64,000 nt of DNA from IMG/VR virus record IMGVR_UViG_3300044837_000188. The stretch is one strand, 5' to 3'. The translations under genes were made by a program, and so were the position numbers. Within the stretch, counting starts at the first letter, position 1; the number at the start of each line of letters is the position of its first letter. A model generated the notes under the pieces. It had not been told where the DNA came from and searched no databases. It worked only from the letters and a program-made list of their open reading frames with translations. Shown here in pieces: positions 28,707 to 37,080 of the stretch. The DNA comes from an uncultured virus (IMG/VR IMGVR_UViG_3300044837_000188). Its lineage: Duplodnaviria > Heunggongvirae > Uroviricota > Caudoviricetes.

Positions 28707-29798
28707 GTGCCACCGAAGGCCAAAAAGGTCTACACCCCGCCGAAGAATCTGGCCTCCTTCCGTGAGGCCCAGGAGAAGAAGTACGGGACCAGGATCGTCC
28801 GCCAGAAGGAGGACATCGTCCTGGACTTCATCCCGACCGGCGTCACGTCCCTGAACGCGGCTCTGGGAGGCGGCTGGCTGCGAGGCCGGAACCACCAGGT
28901 GATCGGGCAGGCCAACAACTGCAAGACGGCCATGATGCTGATCGCGATGAAGAACGCACTGGAGACGTATCCGGAGCTGGGTGTCTCGTACATCGACATC
29001 GAGAACACCGTGACCGAGGAGCGCTTCCTCTCGCACGGCATCGACCCCGACGACCCCCGGGTCTTCTGGCGCAAGCCGGACTCCGCCGAGGAGGTCTCGG
29101 ACATGCTCCGGGACGACATGCGCTCGGGTCTGTTCTCCATGGTCGTCCTGGACTCCGTGGGCGCCATGGAGCGCGAGGACGCGCTGTACGAGAAGACCGC
29201 GTCCGAGGTCGTCATGGGCAAGGCCGCCCAGCTCCTGACCCGCATGGCGAAGCAGATCGCCACGATCTCCCGGCAGACCAACACCGCCGTGATGCAGGTC
29301 AACCAGTACCGCAAGAACTTCGACGGCGGCATGGACCAGGCGGCCGGTCCGATGATCATGGGCTACATGACCACGGACTCCGTGGTCCTGCGGCGCCAGT
29401 TCGGCGCGGAGAACGTCCTCACGGTCAAGCAGGACGGCGAGGACATCGAGGTCGCCCACAAGGTCGTCGCCCGCGTGGAGCGCTCCAAGCTCACGGCCCA
29501 GGGCAAGAAGGCCGAGTTCTGGTACCACAAGGTCGACTCCGAGCTGGGTGAGACCGGCATCGACGTCGTCATGGAGACCTACGACCTGGCCACGAAGTGC
29601 GGGGCGCTCTACAAGGAGAAGGAGACCAGCCCCTACTGGTACTTCCCGGACGGCTCCAAGGAGAACGGCCAGAAGGCCACGCTGGCCCGCCTGCGGTCCG
29701 ACGAGAAGGCTCTCGCCGAGGTCAGCGCGGCCGTCCTGGAGCGCATGGCCAGCGTGGAGCTGGAGCCCGAGGCGTCGATCGAGTTCCGGCGCGGGTGA
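28707..29798 (+). CDS. recA: RecA/UvsX-like recombinase
   Basis: IPTG..LNAALGGGW.RG, GQANNCKT, YIDIE, VVLDSV, VNQYR. Confidence 0.88.
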   Translation: MPPKAKKVYTPPKNLASFREAQEKKYGTRIVRQKEDIVLDFIPTGVTSLNAALGGGWLRGRNHQVIGQANNCKTAMMLIAMKNALETYPELGVSYIDIENTVTEERFLSHGIDPDDPRVFWRKPDSAEEVSDMLRDDMRSGLFSMVVLDSVGAMEREDALYEKTASEVVMGKAAQLLTRMAKQIATISRQTNTAVMQVNQYRKNFDGGMDQAAGPMIMGYMTTDSVVLRRQFGAENVLTVKQDGEDIEVAHKVVARVERSKLTAQGKKAEFWYHKVDSELGETGIDVVMETYDLATKCGALYKEKETSPYWYFPDGSKENGQKATLARLRSDEKALAEVSAAVLERMASVELEPEASIEFRRG

Positions 29799-29837
29799 TA
29801 GGAGTGACACACACCACAGCAGACCCCGGGGACCCCC

Positions 29838-30236
29838 ATGGATGACTTCTTCATCTTCATCGCAATTCTGACCTGGATCTTCCGGGTCACCTCCTTCGCC
29901 TTCGGCGTCCTGATCGGCCTCCTGGCCGCCGGTGCGACCGCCGGGGGCTGGAGGACCTACCGCCGGAGGGTCCTGCGCCGCAACTGGCGCCTGGACCGCC
30001 CCCGGCACGTCTGGGAGGGGCTCGTCCCCGAGTGGCGCGACTACGACGCGGAGATCCCCGAGATCGCCAGGCGCTGTGTCTGCCACGGCCGGGTCATTCA
30101 TCCCGGGGAGCGCGTACTCGTCTGGCCGGAGGCCGGTCCGGCCGGGCTGCTGCACATGGCGGTCTACTGCGAGACCGTCAAGGACAAGCTGTGGAGGGAC
30201 GAACGTGTCGAGGACGCTGAATCAGCGGATGGGTGA
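29838..30236 (+). CDS. Hypothetical membrane-anchored protein
   Basis: Hydrophobic N-terminus; CVCH motif. Confidence 0.55.
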   Translation: MDDFFIFIAILTWIFRVTSFAFGVLIGLLAAGATAGGWRTYRRRVLRRNWRLDRPRHVWEGLVPEWRDYDAEIPEIARRCVCHGRVIHPGERVLVWPEAGPAGLLHMAVYCETVKDKLWRDERVEDAESADG

Positions 30237-30765
30237 CGCCCACGAGGCGGACATCGCCGAGTGGACCGGAGGGCGCCAGCAGAAGGCGTCTGGTTCGCAG
30301 TGGCAGAACCAGGGGGATACGAAGAACGGCGAGTTCCTCGTGCCGTTCCCGATCACGTCGGACGGCAAGTCCACCCTGGCGCGGTCCGTCTCCGTGACGC
30401 GGTCCATGTGGCAGAAGATCGTCAACCAGACCTTCAACCAGATCCCCGCGATCTTCCTGCGGTTCTACAAGGACGACACCCTCCGGCAGTCCGATCTGGA
30501 CCTGGTGGTCCTGGAGGCCCAGACGTTCGCGGAGATCCTGGAGGCCGCCAGGAAGTGGCGGGAGCACGAGGAGCACCCTCAGTTCATCGTGGACGGGAAG
30601 CACCTCTATCTCTCCACGGGGTGCCTCCACGACAATCATGAGTACTGCCAGGGCAAGGACGGCCAGGCCGGTCCCAAGGTGCCGGGGAAGTGCAAGTTCT
30701 GCTCGGCCGAGTGCATCTGTTCCTGCCACGGTGGCGAGACGACCGGCTGCGAGTGCTGCCGGTGA
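30205..30765 (+). CDS. PD-(D/E)xK nuclease, Holliday-junction-resolvase-like, with Cys-rich tail
   Basis: GGAGG plus GTG; G.AHE..IA, SGS..QGD, DGKST. Confidence 0.6.
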   Translation: MSRTLNQRMGDAHEADIAEWTGGRQQKASGSQWQNQGDTKNGEFLVPFPITSDGKSTLARSVSVTRSMWQKIVNQTFNQIPAIFLRFYKDDTLRQSDLDLVVLEAQTFAEILEAARKWREHEEHPQFIVDGKHLYLSTGCLHDNHEYCQGKDGQAGPKVPGKCKFCSAECICSCHGGETTGCECCR

Positions 30766-31607
30766 GCTTCGATCCCGAGGCGGCGATCCGGCGCGAGGGG
30801 GTCTCGGCTGCGGCCGGGGCCGTCCTCGCGCCCCTCGTGCGTCTGTACGTCGCCGAGGGCCGGTTCCCGAAGAACACCATGATCCGGATCGACGGCGGAG
30901 AGCCCGACAGGACGCCCAACGAGTGGTTCTCCCCCTCCACGCACCCGACGATGGACGACCGCAAGCTCTACCTGTACCTCACCGAGCCGGAGCGCTGGGA
31001 GGGGGAGCCGTGGGGCTACGAGGGCCGTATGTCGGTCACCGTGGGCACGATCGAGCACAGCATCATCCAGATGGCCCTGGACGACCTGGGGATCCTCCAG
31101 AGGCCCACAGGGACCTGTCCTGTGTGCCGGGTCCCCTGCGGGCTCGGGCCGGGACAGTGCTCGGAGCCCGGGGTGATCGACTACGAGCTGAAGCGCCGGG
31201 GCCACATGGACGGCGTGGTGCTCACCCCGTCCCTCGGCATGACCGCGATGGACATCAAGACCATCAACCACTTCTCGGCCGCCAAGATCCCCGACGGCCC
31301 CACGTCGGCCAAGGCCTTGGAGTGGCTGAAGGAGAAGCACCCGTACTACTACGGCCAGATGCAGGAGTACCTGGCGCTCTCCGGCCTACGGATGATGATC
31401 ATGCTGTTCGTCGGCATCGGATTCCCGTGGGTCATGAAGGAGATCCACGTCGAGTACGACCCCGCGTACGTGCTGGCCCTGGAGTCCAAGTACCGGCGCG
31501 TACGGAAGGCCGTCGAGTCGGGCAGCATCCCGGAGCCCTGCTGCGCTGTACGGAGCAAGGAGGCGGCCTCCTGCACCGCCAAGGGCTGCACCATCCGCGC
31601 CATCTGA
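30762..31607 (+). CDS. Cas4/RecB-like PD-(D/E)xK exonuclease
   Basis: FSPS, GTIEH, GHMDG, DIKT, QMQEYL, C-terminal cysteines. Confidence 0.75.
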   Translation: MSFDPEAAIRREGVSAAAGAVLAPLVRLYVAEGRFPKNTMIRIDGGEPDRTPNEWFSPSTHPTMDDRKLYLYLTEPERWEGEPWGYEGRMSVTVGTIEHSIIQMALDDLGILQRPTGTCPVCRVPCGLGPGQCSEPGVIDYELKRRGHMDGVVLTPSLGMTAMDIKTINHFSAAKIPDGPTSAKALEWLKEKHPYYYGQMQEYLALSGLRMMIMLFVGIGFPWVMKEIHVEYDPAYVLALESKYRRVRKAVESGSIPEPCCAVRSKEAASCTAKGCTIRAI

Positions 31608-31630
31608 TCCCGCCAGAGAAGGAGAGACCC

Positions 31631-32272
31631 ATGAGCACGAGCATGCTTCCCGAGGACATTCTCGCCCGTATCCGCGAGGAGGCCCAGCGGGCCAAGAGCG
31701 TCCAGAGCCCGAGGTCCTGGAGGCCTCAGTCCGCCGGTGACTTCACCTCGTGGCAGCAGATCCTGTGCTTCGACCAGGCCCTGAACAACTGCGGCTGGGC
31801 CCTTCTGAACACCGACCCCGAGGTGGCCGCGATCGGCGCCAAACCGTACCCCTGCGTGGTGGACTCGGGGACGATTCGATCCCCCTCGGTCGGCAAGGGA
31901 TTCGAGGGCACCTTCACCAAGGCCGTCCTGCTCGCGCAGTCCCTGCGGAAGCTCATGGCCGGACTGCACGGACGTCACCAGAACGGGGTGGTCCTGGAAC
32001 TGCCGTCCGTGGTCGGGTACCGCACGGAGTCCTCTCTCGTGGCCGCCGTGACGATCTGCATCACCCTGGACGAGATGGGGCTCGACTTCCCGAAGTTCAT
32101 CTCCCGCCCCTCGGCCGCCGCCACCCTCTGCGGGAACCGGTCGGCCTCCAAGAAGGACTCCTCCGACATGGTGGACGGCCTGATCCAGGAGCACCCCACT
32201 GGGACCGGCCAGTGGACGGAGCACGTCCGCGACGCGGTCTTCGTGGGCCTCAAGGCGGTCCACGGTGGATGA
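31631..32272 (+). CDS. RuvC-like Holliday junction resolvase
   Basis: LCFDQALNNCGWA, VVLE, ASKK, HVRDAV. Confidence 0.72.
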   Translation: MSTSMLPEDILARIREEAQRAKSVQSPRSWRPQSAGDFTSWQQILCFDQALNNCGWALLNTDPEVAAIGAKPYPCVVDSGTIRSPSVGKGFEGTFTKAVLLAQSLRKLMAGLHGRHQNGVVLELPSVVGYRTESSLVAAVTICITLDEMGLDFPKFISRPSAAATLCGNRSASKKDSSDMVDGLIQEHPTGTGQWTEHVRDAVFVGLKAVHGG

Positions 32273-32939
32273 CCGCACCGAGGAGGAGTTCGTCCGCGAG
32301 GAGGCCCAGGCGGCCGAGCAGCCGATGGAGGTCGAGCCCCACGACGACCGGACCCACGAGTTCACCCCGCGCCGGGAGGGCCGTATGCGGCACGACCTCC
32401 GGCCGGACGATCAGGATGCCGTGGACGGCCTGCGGGGGATCGCCGACCGGATCATGCTGGAGCGCTTCGGTGACGCCTTCGTGATCATCAACGACCTCTA
32501 CGAGATCGTCCGGGAGCCCATGGTGGACCCGGTGACCCAGGAGATCCTGGGCGACGAGCACGGCTTCACCATGTGGGTCCGTACGGAGAGCGGCGGCTTC
32601 GTCGAGGACTACTCCCGCCTCTCCTCTCGGGACGTGAAGGACTTCCTCTTCCGGATCACGACCCGGCTCTTCGCCTGGGAGCAGGAGGCGGCCTCGATCC
32701 GGGGCGACGCCATGTACGCGAAGGCCATCTGGGAGCAGGCTCTCGCCCAGGGGTACCAGGACGCCCGCTCGCTCCCCGGAGGGCGCACGGTGGAGGACCG
32801 GACCCAGCACGCCCGGCGCCACGCCCGGGAGGACCGCTTCGCCGGGATCTTCCAGACCACCCTGAGCTGGAGGGCGGATGCCCTGGTCAAGAGCCTGAGC
32901 CTGTTGAGCCAGCGTCTGAAGGACGTGCTGGCCGCGTAA
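32265..32939 (+). CDS. Hypothetical protein
   Basis: Strong codon bias, overlaps previous gene. Confidence 0.7.
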   Translation: MDDRTEEEFVREEAQAAEQPMEVEPHDDRTHEFTPRREGRMRHDLRPDDQDAVDGLRGIADRIMLERFGDAFVIINDLYEIVREPMVDPVTQEILGDEHGFTMWVRTESGGFVEDYSRLSSRDVKDFLFRITTRLFAWEQEAASIRGDAMYAKAIWEQALAQGYQDARSLPGGRTVEDRTQHARRHAREDRFAGIFQTTLSWRADALVKSLSLLSQRLKDVLAA

Positions 32940-33116
32940 CCAGGAGTCACACTCCGCGATAGATAGTTGCAGATCAGCCACAAACCCTCGGGTTCTACCC
33001 CAGGGTTTGTTGGCAGTTCTACAGAGATCGCTTACGCTGCGTGCAGACGGGCATATTCCGTCCGCTCCGACTACAGGAGCTGCTGCTTCAGGTCGGGGAG
33101 AGGACAGCGTGGATCT

Positions 33117-33767
33117 TTGTCGCTGACGGTGGGCGTGCTTCGGTCTCTCCTGAAGAACCTGGAAGCCTTTCGTTCGCTGTACGAGTCGGACGGTATCGAC
33201 ACGATCACCGGACCCGACGGGGTCATGTACTCGCTGCATGACATCGAATACCTCTACGACGCACGGGTTCACCTGAGCCCCCGGCAGCAGCAGGCCATCG
33301 ACCTGTTCCTGGTGCAGAACATCCGAGAGAAGGACGTCGCCCGGCGCATGGGCGTCTCCGTCTCCAACCCTGTGGCGTCGTATGCGACCCACGGCCTCGA
33401 AAAGATTCTGGAGATGATCGCGAGCGGACGACTGCCTCGCTATCGCGTTGAGAAGGCGGGCGGCAATGGGGCAGCTTCACTCGGGGGTTCATCAGCAACT
33501 GGACGACGCCGCGACGGAGATGATCCGCAAGTCCTTGGAGGGCGTGACCTCCATGGCGGCGAAGTCGGACATCCTGACCCCCTGGAAGGATCAGGACCGC
33601 AAGAGGCGCGAGGTCTACAGCTCGGAGGGGGCGCCGGATGGCGCTCTGCGACGTGGCATGTTCCACCGGGCGTGGAATTCGACCCACCGGCACCTGAACA
33701 GCGTGGACGGGAAGGTGCCGCTACCCGCCGACCTCCGCACTGGCGGCGACCCGCGCTTTCACCGTGA
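33117..33767 (+). CDS. Sigma-70 region-4-like HTH protein (start and C-terminus uncertain)
   Basis: LSPRQQQAIDLFLVQNIREKDVARRMGVS; last ~100 codons overlap next gene. Confidence 0.6.
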   Translation: MSLTVGVLRSLLKNLEAFRSLYESDGIDTITGPDGVMYSLHDIEYLYDARVHLSPRQQQAIDLFLVQNIREKDVARRMGVSVSNPVASYATHGLEKILEMIASGRLPRYRVEKAGGNGAASLGGSSATGRRRDGDDPQVLGGRDLHGGEVGHPDPLEGSGPQEARGLQLGGGAGWRSATWHVPPGVEFDPPAPEQRGREGAATRRPPHWRRPALSP

Positions 33768-33963
33768 CGAGGACGCCATCGAGATGGGGGAGGTCTACGA
33801 CCTCCGCATCTACTGGGGCTCCCAGATCCGTATCAAGTGTCCCATCTGCTCGAAGTACATGAGGGGCGACACACTGGAGGTCGTCTGCCGGTGTGGCTCC
33901 GTGTTCAGCAAGGTCCCTGAAGAGGGGCACTACCAGGTGGTGAGGATCGATGACGGACGCTAG
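33466..33963 (+). CDS. Hypothetical protein with C-terminal zinc ribbon
   Basis: CPIC..CRCG; genome-typical codons. Confidence 0.6.
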   Translation: MGQLHSGVHQQLDDAATEMIRKSLEGVTSMAAKSDILTPWKDQDRKRREVYSSEGAPDGALRRGMFHRAWNSTHRHLNSVDGKVPLPADLRTGGDPRFHRDEDAIEMGEVYDLRIYWGSQIRIKCPICSKYMRGDTLEVVCRCGSVFSKVPEEGHYQVVRIDDGR

Positions 33964-34612
33964 AGCGCTCCCCGAGGGCCGTCCCGGCTCCGTTCTGATG
34001 GTCGAGGTCAACGGCCGCCGGTACCCCATGAAGCGGGTGTCCCAGTGCCGGACCTGCATGAGTCCGTACCGCATGGAGATCGAGCAGGCGGTGCTGGAGC
34101 AGCACTCCTACAAGAAGATCGCTGCGGCCGTGGAGGACCGGGAGCCAGGTCAGCTCCCGAACCCCTCGTACCAGTCCATTCGCGACCACGTGAACAAGGG
34201 CCACATGCCGATCGGCCCGACGGCCGAACGTGCCCTGGTGGAGTCGCGGGCCCAGCAGATCGGCCGGGACATCGAGGATCACGTCTCCTCGCTGGCCGAC
34301 TACGCCACCGTCAACGAGATCATCATCCAGCGCGGTATGGAGCGGCTGGCCAAGGGTGAGCTGCGGCCGTCCATGTCCGAGCTGCTGACCGCGATCCGCA
34401 TGCAGCACTCGATCGAGTCCACCTCGGAGGAGGGTCTCGACTCGGCCGCCTGGCAGCAGGCTCTCGTGGCGTACATGGAGGTGGCCCAGCAGTTCATCCC
34501 GCCGGAACTCCTCCAGCCGTACGGCGCGGCCCTGGCTCAGCACCCGGTTCTGCGGGCGCTCATGACGGGCGGAGCCCCCAAGGCACTTGAAACGGCTCCT
34601 GAGAACACCTAG
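33950..34612 (+). CDS. Zn-binding HTH protein, possible terminase small subunit
   Basis: CRTC...SYKKIA...SIRDHVNKGH then helical region; lies ~2.5 kb upstream of terL; function inferred. Confidence 0.5.
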   Translation: MTDARALPEGRPGSVLMVEVNGRRYPMKRVSQCRTCMSPYRMEIEQAVLEQHSYKKIAAAVEDREPGQLPNPSYQSIRDHVNKGHMPIGPTAERALVESRAQQIGRDIEDHVSSLADYATVNEIIIQRGMERLAKGELRPSMSELLTAIRMQHSIESTSEEGLDSAAWQQALVAYMEVAQQFIPPELLQPYGAALAQHPVLRALMTGGAPKALETAPENT

Positions 34613-34667
34613 GATCCTGGTACCGGTTTTTAAAAACGGTCCCGCCAAGAGAGCCCCTGGAGGCCCC

Positions 34668-35693
34668 ATGTACATGCGATCCCTTCCCGGTACCACGCTG
34701 GAAGAGCTGGAGAACCAGTTCAACCAGCGCCTGATCACCTGGGGCGGCGTGTCCCAGCAGATCACTCCCATGCTGGAGGACGAGACCCCGCACATCCGCT
34801 TCGGCGGCGAGCAGTCCCACGAGGTCTTCGTGGGCACTGAGGGATTGGCCTCCGTCGCCACGTTCTTCGACATCCCGCCGAAGTTCTTCGCGCGCCTCGG
34901 ACGTGACCAGCAGCAGTACCTCCTGCGTACGCAGATCGAGCGCGCCGACAAGGAGGTCACGGTGTCCTTCAACGACACCGTAGGGGTCTCGGAGATCCGC
35001 AAGGCCGGGGAGATCCGTACGCGCCCCCACAAGCTCGTGGAGGGCCTGCTGAACGTCTTCCCGGGGCACTCCCCGATCGTCGACTCCTGGAACAACCAGA
35101 ACGAGCTGCGGATCGACGTGATCTTCCCCGAGGACTTCGAGCGCGGCACCGGCGGAGACCCCGGCGTCGGCGACATCTCCCGGGGCGGTGTCCGGGTGGT
35201 CCAGGACCGCAAGAACAACCGCGCCCCGGAGATCGAGAAGCTCGTCTACCGGCTCGTGTGCACCAACGGCATGGAGATCGCCGACGCCTCTCTGCGTGTG
35301 TCCTCCACCGGCGCCTCCGAGGAGGAGATCTACGCCCTCTTCAACGCGGAGATCCGCCGGGCCGTGGACACGCTGGAGGAGGAGATCCAGCACTTCTACG
35401 CCCTGCGCAACGAGCGGCTGGGCGACGACCCGACCGGCACCCTCCGGCGTTTCGCGCTGGAGCAGGGGCTCCCCAACCGTACGGTCGGCAACCTGGAGGA
35501 CCTCGTCCCCTCCCTGGGCGAGGACACCACCAACGCGACCGTCTTCGACCTGGTCAACCTCATGACCAACCAGGCGAACAACCCGGAGATCGACTACCGC
35601 AGCTCCACGCACCGCAACCTTCAGCGGGCCGGGGGCGGAGTCGTCACCGACCACGCGGAGCGGTGCGGTACGTGCCACTCCCGTCTCATGTAG
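34668..35693 (+). CDS. DUF932/DUF945-like phage protein
   Basis: GGAGG RBS; YRLVCTNGM motif, TVFDLVN..T. Confidence 0.6.
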   Translation: MYMRSLPGTTLEELENQFNQRLITWGGVSQQITPMLEDETPHIRFGGEQSHEVFVGTEGLASVATFFDIPPKFFARLGRDQQQYLLRTQIERADKEVTVSFNDTVGVSEIRKAGEIRTRPHKLVEGLLNVFPGHSPIVDSWNNQNELRIDVIFPEDFERGTGGDPGVGDISRGGVRVVQDRKNNRAPEIEKLVYRLVCTNGMEIADASLRVSSTGASEEEIYALFNAEIRRAVDTLEEEIQHFYALRNERLGDDPTGTLRRFALEQGLPNRTVGNLEDLVPSLGEDTTNATVFDLVNLMTNQANNPEIDYRSSTHRNLQRAGGGVVTDHAERCGTCHSRLM

Positions 35694-35709
35694 TACGACA
35701 AGGAGGGCC

Positions 35710-36219
35710 GTGCCCGACAACGCCTACGACCGCTACGTCACCTGGGCCATGGAGGTCCCGGAGGGCGTAGCGGTCCCTTCGCTCAACCAGTGGGGAATGC
35801 CGGTCTGGTTCCCCGACCCGAACACGTACTTCCCGACGAACGTCGTCGCGATGTACGCGATCCGCAACCCTGCGGACGGCAACGCCCTCACCACCGCCGG
35901 ACAGATGATCCCGGCACCGGCGGGGGCGTGGTTCACGTACACCGACGGTTCCGGGTACGGCATGGTCGCCGACGCCTACTTCACCGGCGGTACCCCCGAC
36001 CTCTCCGGGGGTACCCAGTACCCGCCGGACGAGATCAGGGTCATCGACCCCGATCCGCCCCCGTGGGTGGGCGACCCCACCCCGCCGGGAGACGACGGGG
36101 ACCCCAGCACCCCGGACGCGGTGGACGACACCGACATGACCGAGGACCAGATCGACCAGGCCATGGCCGACGGCGAGCCCGTCGACCTCGCGGCCCCACC
36201 CCAGGAGGAGCAGACGTGA
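35710..36219 (+). CDS. Hypothetical Pro/Asp-rich protein
   Basis: AAGGAGG RBS, GTG start. Confidence 0.65.
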   Translation: MPDNAYDRYVTWAMEVPEGVAVPSLNQWGMPVWFPDPNTYFPTNVVAMYAIRNPADGNALTTAGQMIPAPAGAWFTYTDGSGYGMVADAYFTGGTPDLSGGTQYPPDEIRVIDPDPPPWVGDPTPPGDDGDPSTPDAVDDTDMTEDQIDQAMADGEPVDLAAPPQEEQT

Positions 36220-36662
36220 CCGCGCAGACCCAGGAAGCCGGGGGAGTCACCACCACCCTGAGCCTCTACGACTCCGAGATCATCAAGGTCGAAGGGGTCC
36301 TGGAGAAACTCAACGAGCGCCGGGCCAGGACGGCGCGCATGAGCTACGAGGCCTTCACCGACGAGGCGAAGAACCGCTTCCTGGAGATCGGCCTCGTGGT
36401 CTCCGTGCGCTGGTACTCCGCCGGGGTGGAGCAGGCCGACGGCTCGATGAAGGAGGTCGAGGGGACCCTGATCCCCGAGATCGTCATCACGGGCCGTACG
36501 GAGAATGCCTTCGCCTTCGACCACGACCAGATGAGCCACGAGGTCCAGTCGGATCTGCTCCAGCTCGGCACCGGCGGCAAGCTGAAGCTGACGGCCGAGG
36601 ACGCCCGCAAGATCCTGGAGATCAAGCAGGGCCACAAGCACGGCAAGGGCTGTGGGCACTGA
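36216..36662 (+). CDS. Hypothetical protein
   Basis: AGGAGGAG RBS, GTGA overlap. Confidence 0.65.
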   Translation: MTAQTQEAGGVTTTLSLYDSEIIKVEGVLEKLNERRARTARMSYEAFTDEAKNRFLEIGLVVSVRWYSAGVEQADGSMKEVEGTLIPEIVITGRTENAFAFDHDQMSHEVQSDLLQLGTGGKLKLTAEDARKILEIKQGHKHGKGCGH

Positions 36663-37071
36663 TCTGTGGCGCCACTACAAGGGTGGTCTCTACGAGATCG
36701 TCTGTGGCGCCTTGCACACCGAGACCGGTGAGGCTCTCGTGGTCTACCGGGGCGAGGACGGCAAGGTCTGGGCTCGCCCCTCGGACAGCTTCCACGACAC
36801 CGTGGAAGTGAACGGCCAGGTACGTATGCGATTCGAGAAGGTGGGTGGGACCGGAGTGTCCGACGAGGAGATCCAGGGCGAGACCGAGTCCGAGGAGCCG
36901 GAGGAGAAGATCCGCGAGCACGTGAAGTGCTCGTACGCGGACTGTAAGTCCGTCTTCTGGAGGCCTCAGGACGCCTCTGCGGCGCTCAGTACGGCCGATC
37001 TGGCCCAGTTCCACGGCTGGACGATCCTGGACCGCGAGAGGGGCCTCCTGCACTGCGCATGGGGCCACTAG
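36652..37071 (+). CDS. DUF1653-family protein
   Basis: WRHYKGGLYEIV..A.HTETGE.LVVYR..WARP..F..RF. Confidence 0.75.
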   Translation: MGTDLWRHYKGGLYEIVCGALHTETGEALVVYRGEDGKVWARPSDSFHDTVEVNGQVRMRFEKVGGTGVSDEEIQGETESEEPEEKIREHVKCSYADCKSVFWRPQDASAALSTADLAQFHGWTILDRERGLLHCAWGH

Positions 37072-37080
37072 GAGTGACGC

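Noticed and set aside
30762..31607. CRISPR-Cas system suggested by the Cas4-like nuclease
   Set aside because: No repeat-spacer array or other cas genes; solo Cas4-like exonucleases are common in phage recombination modules
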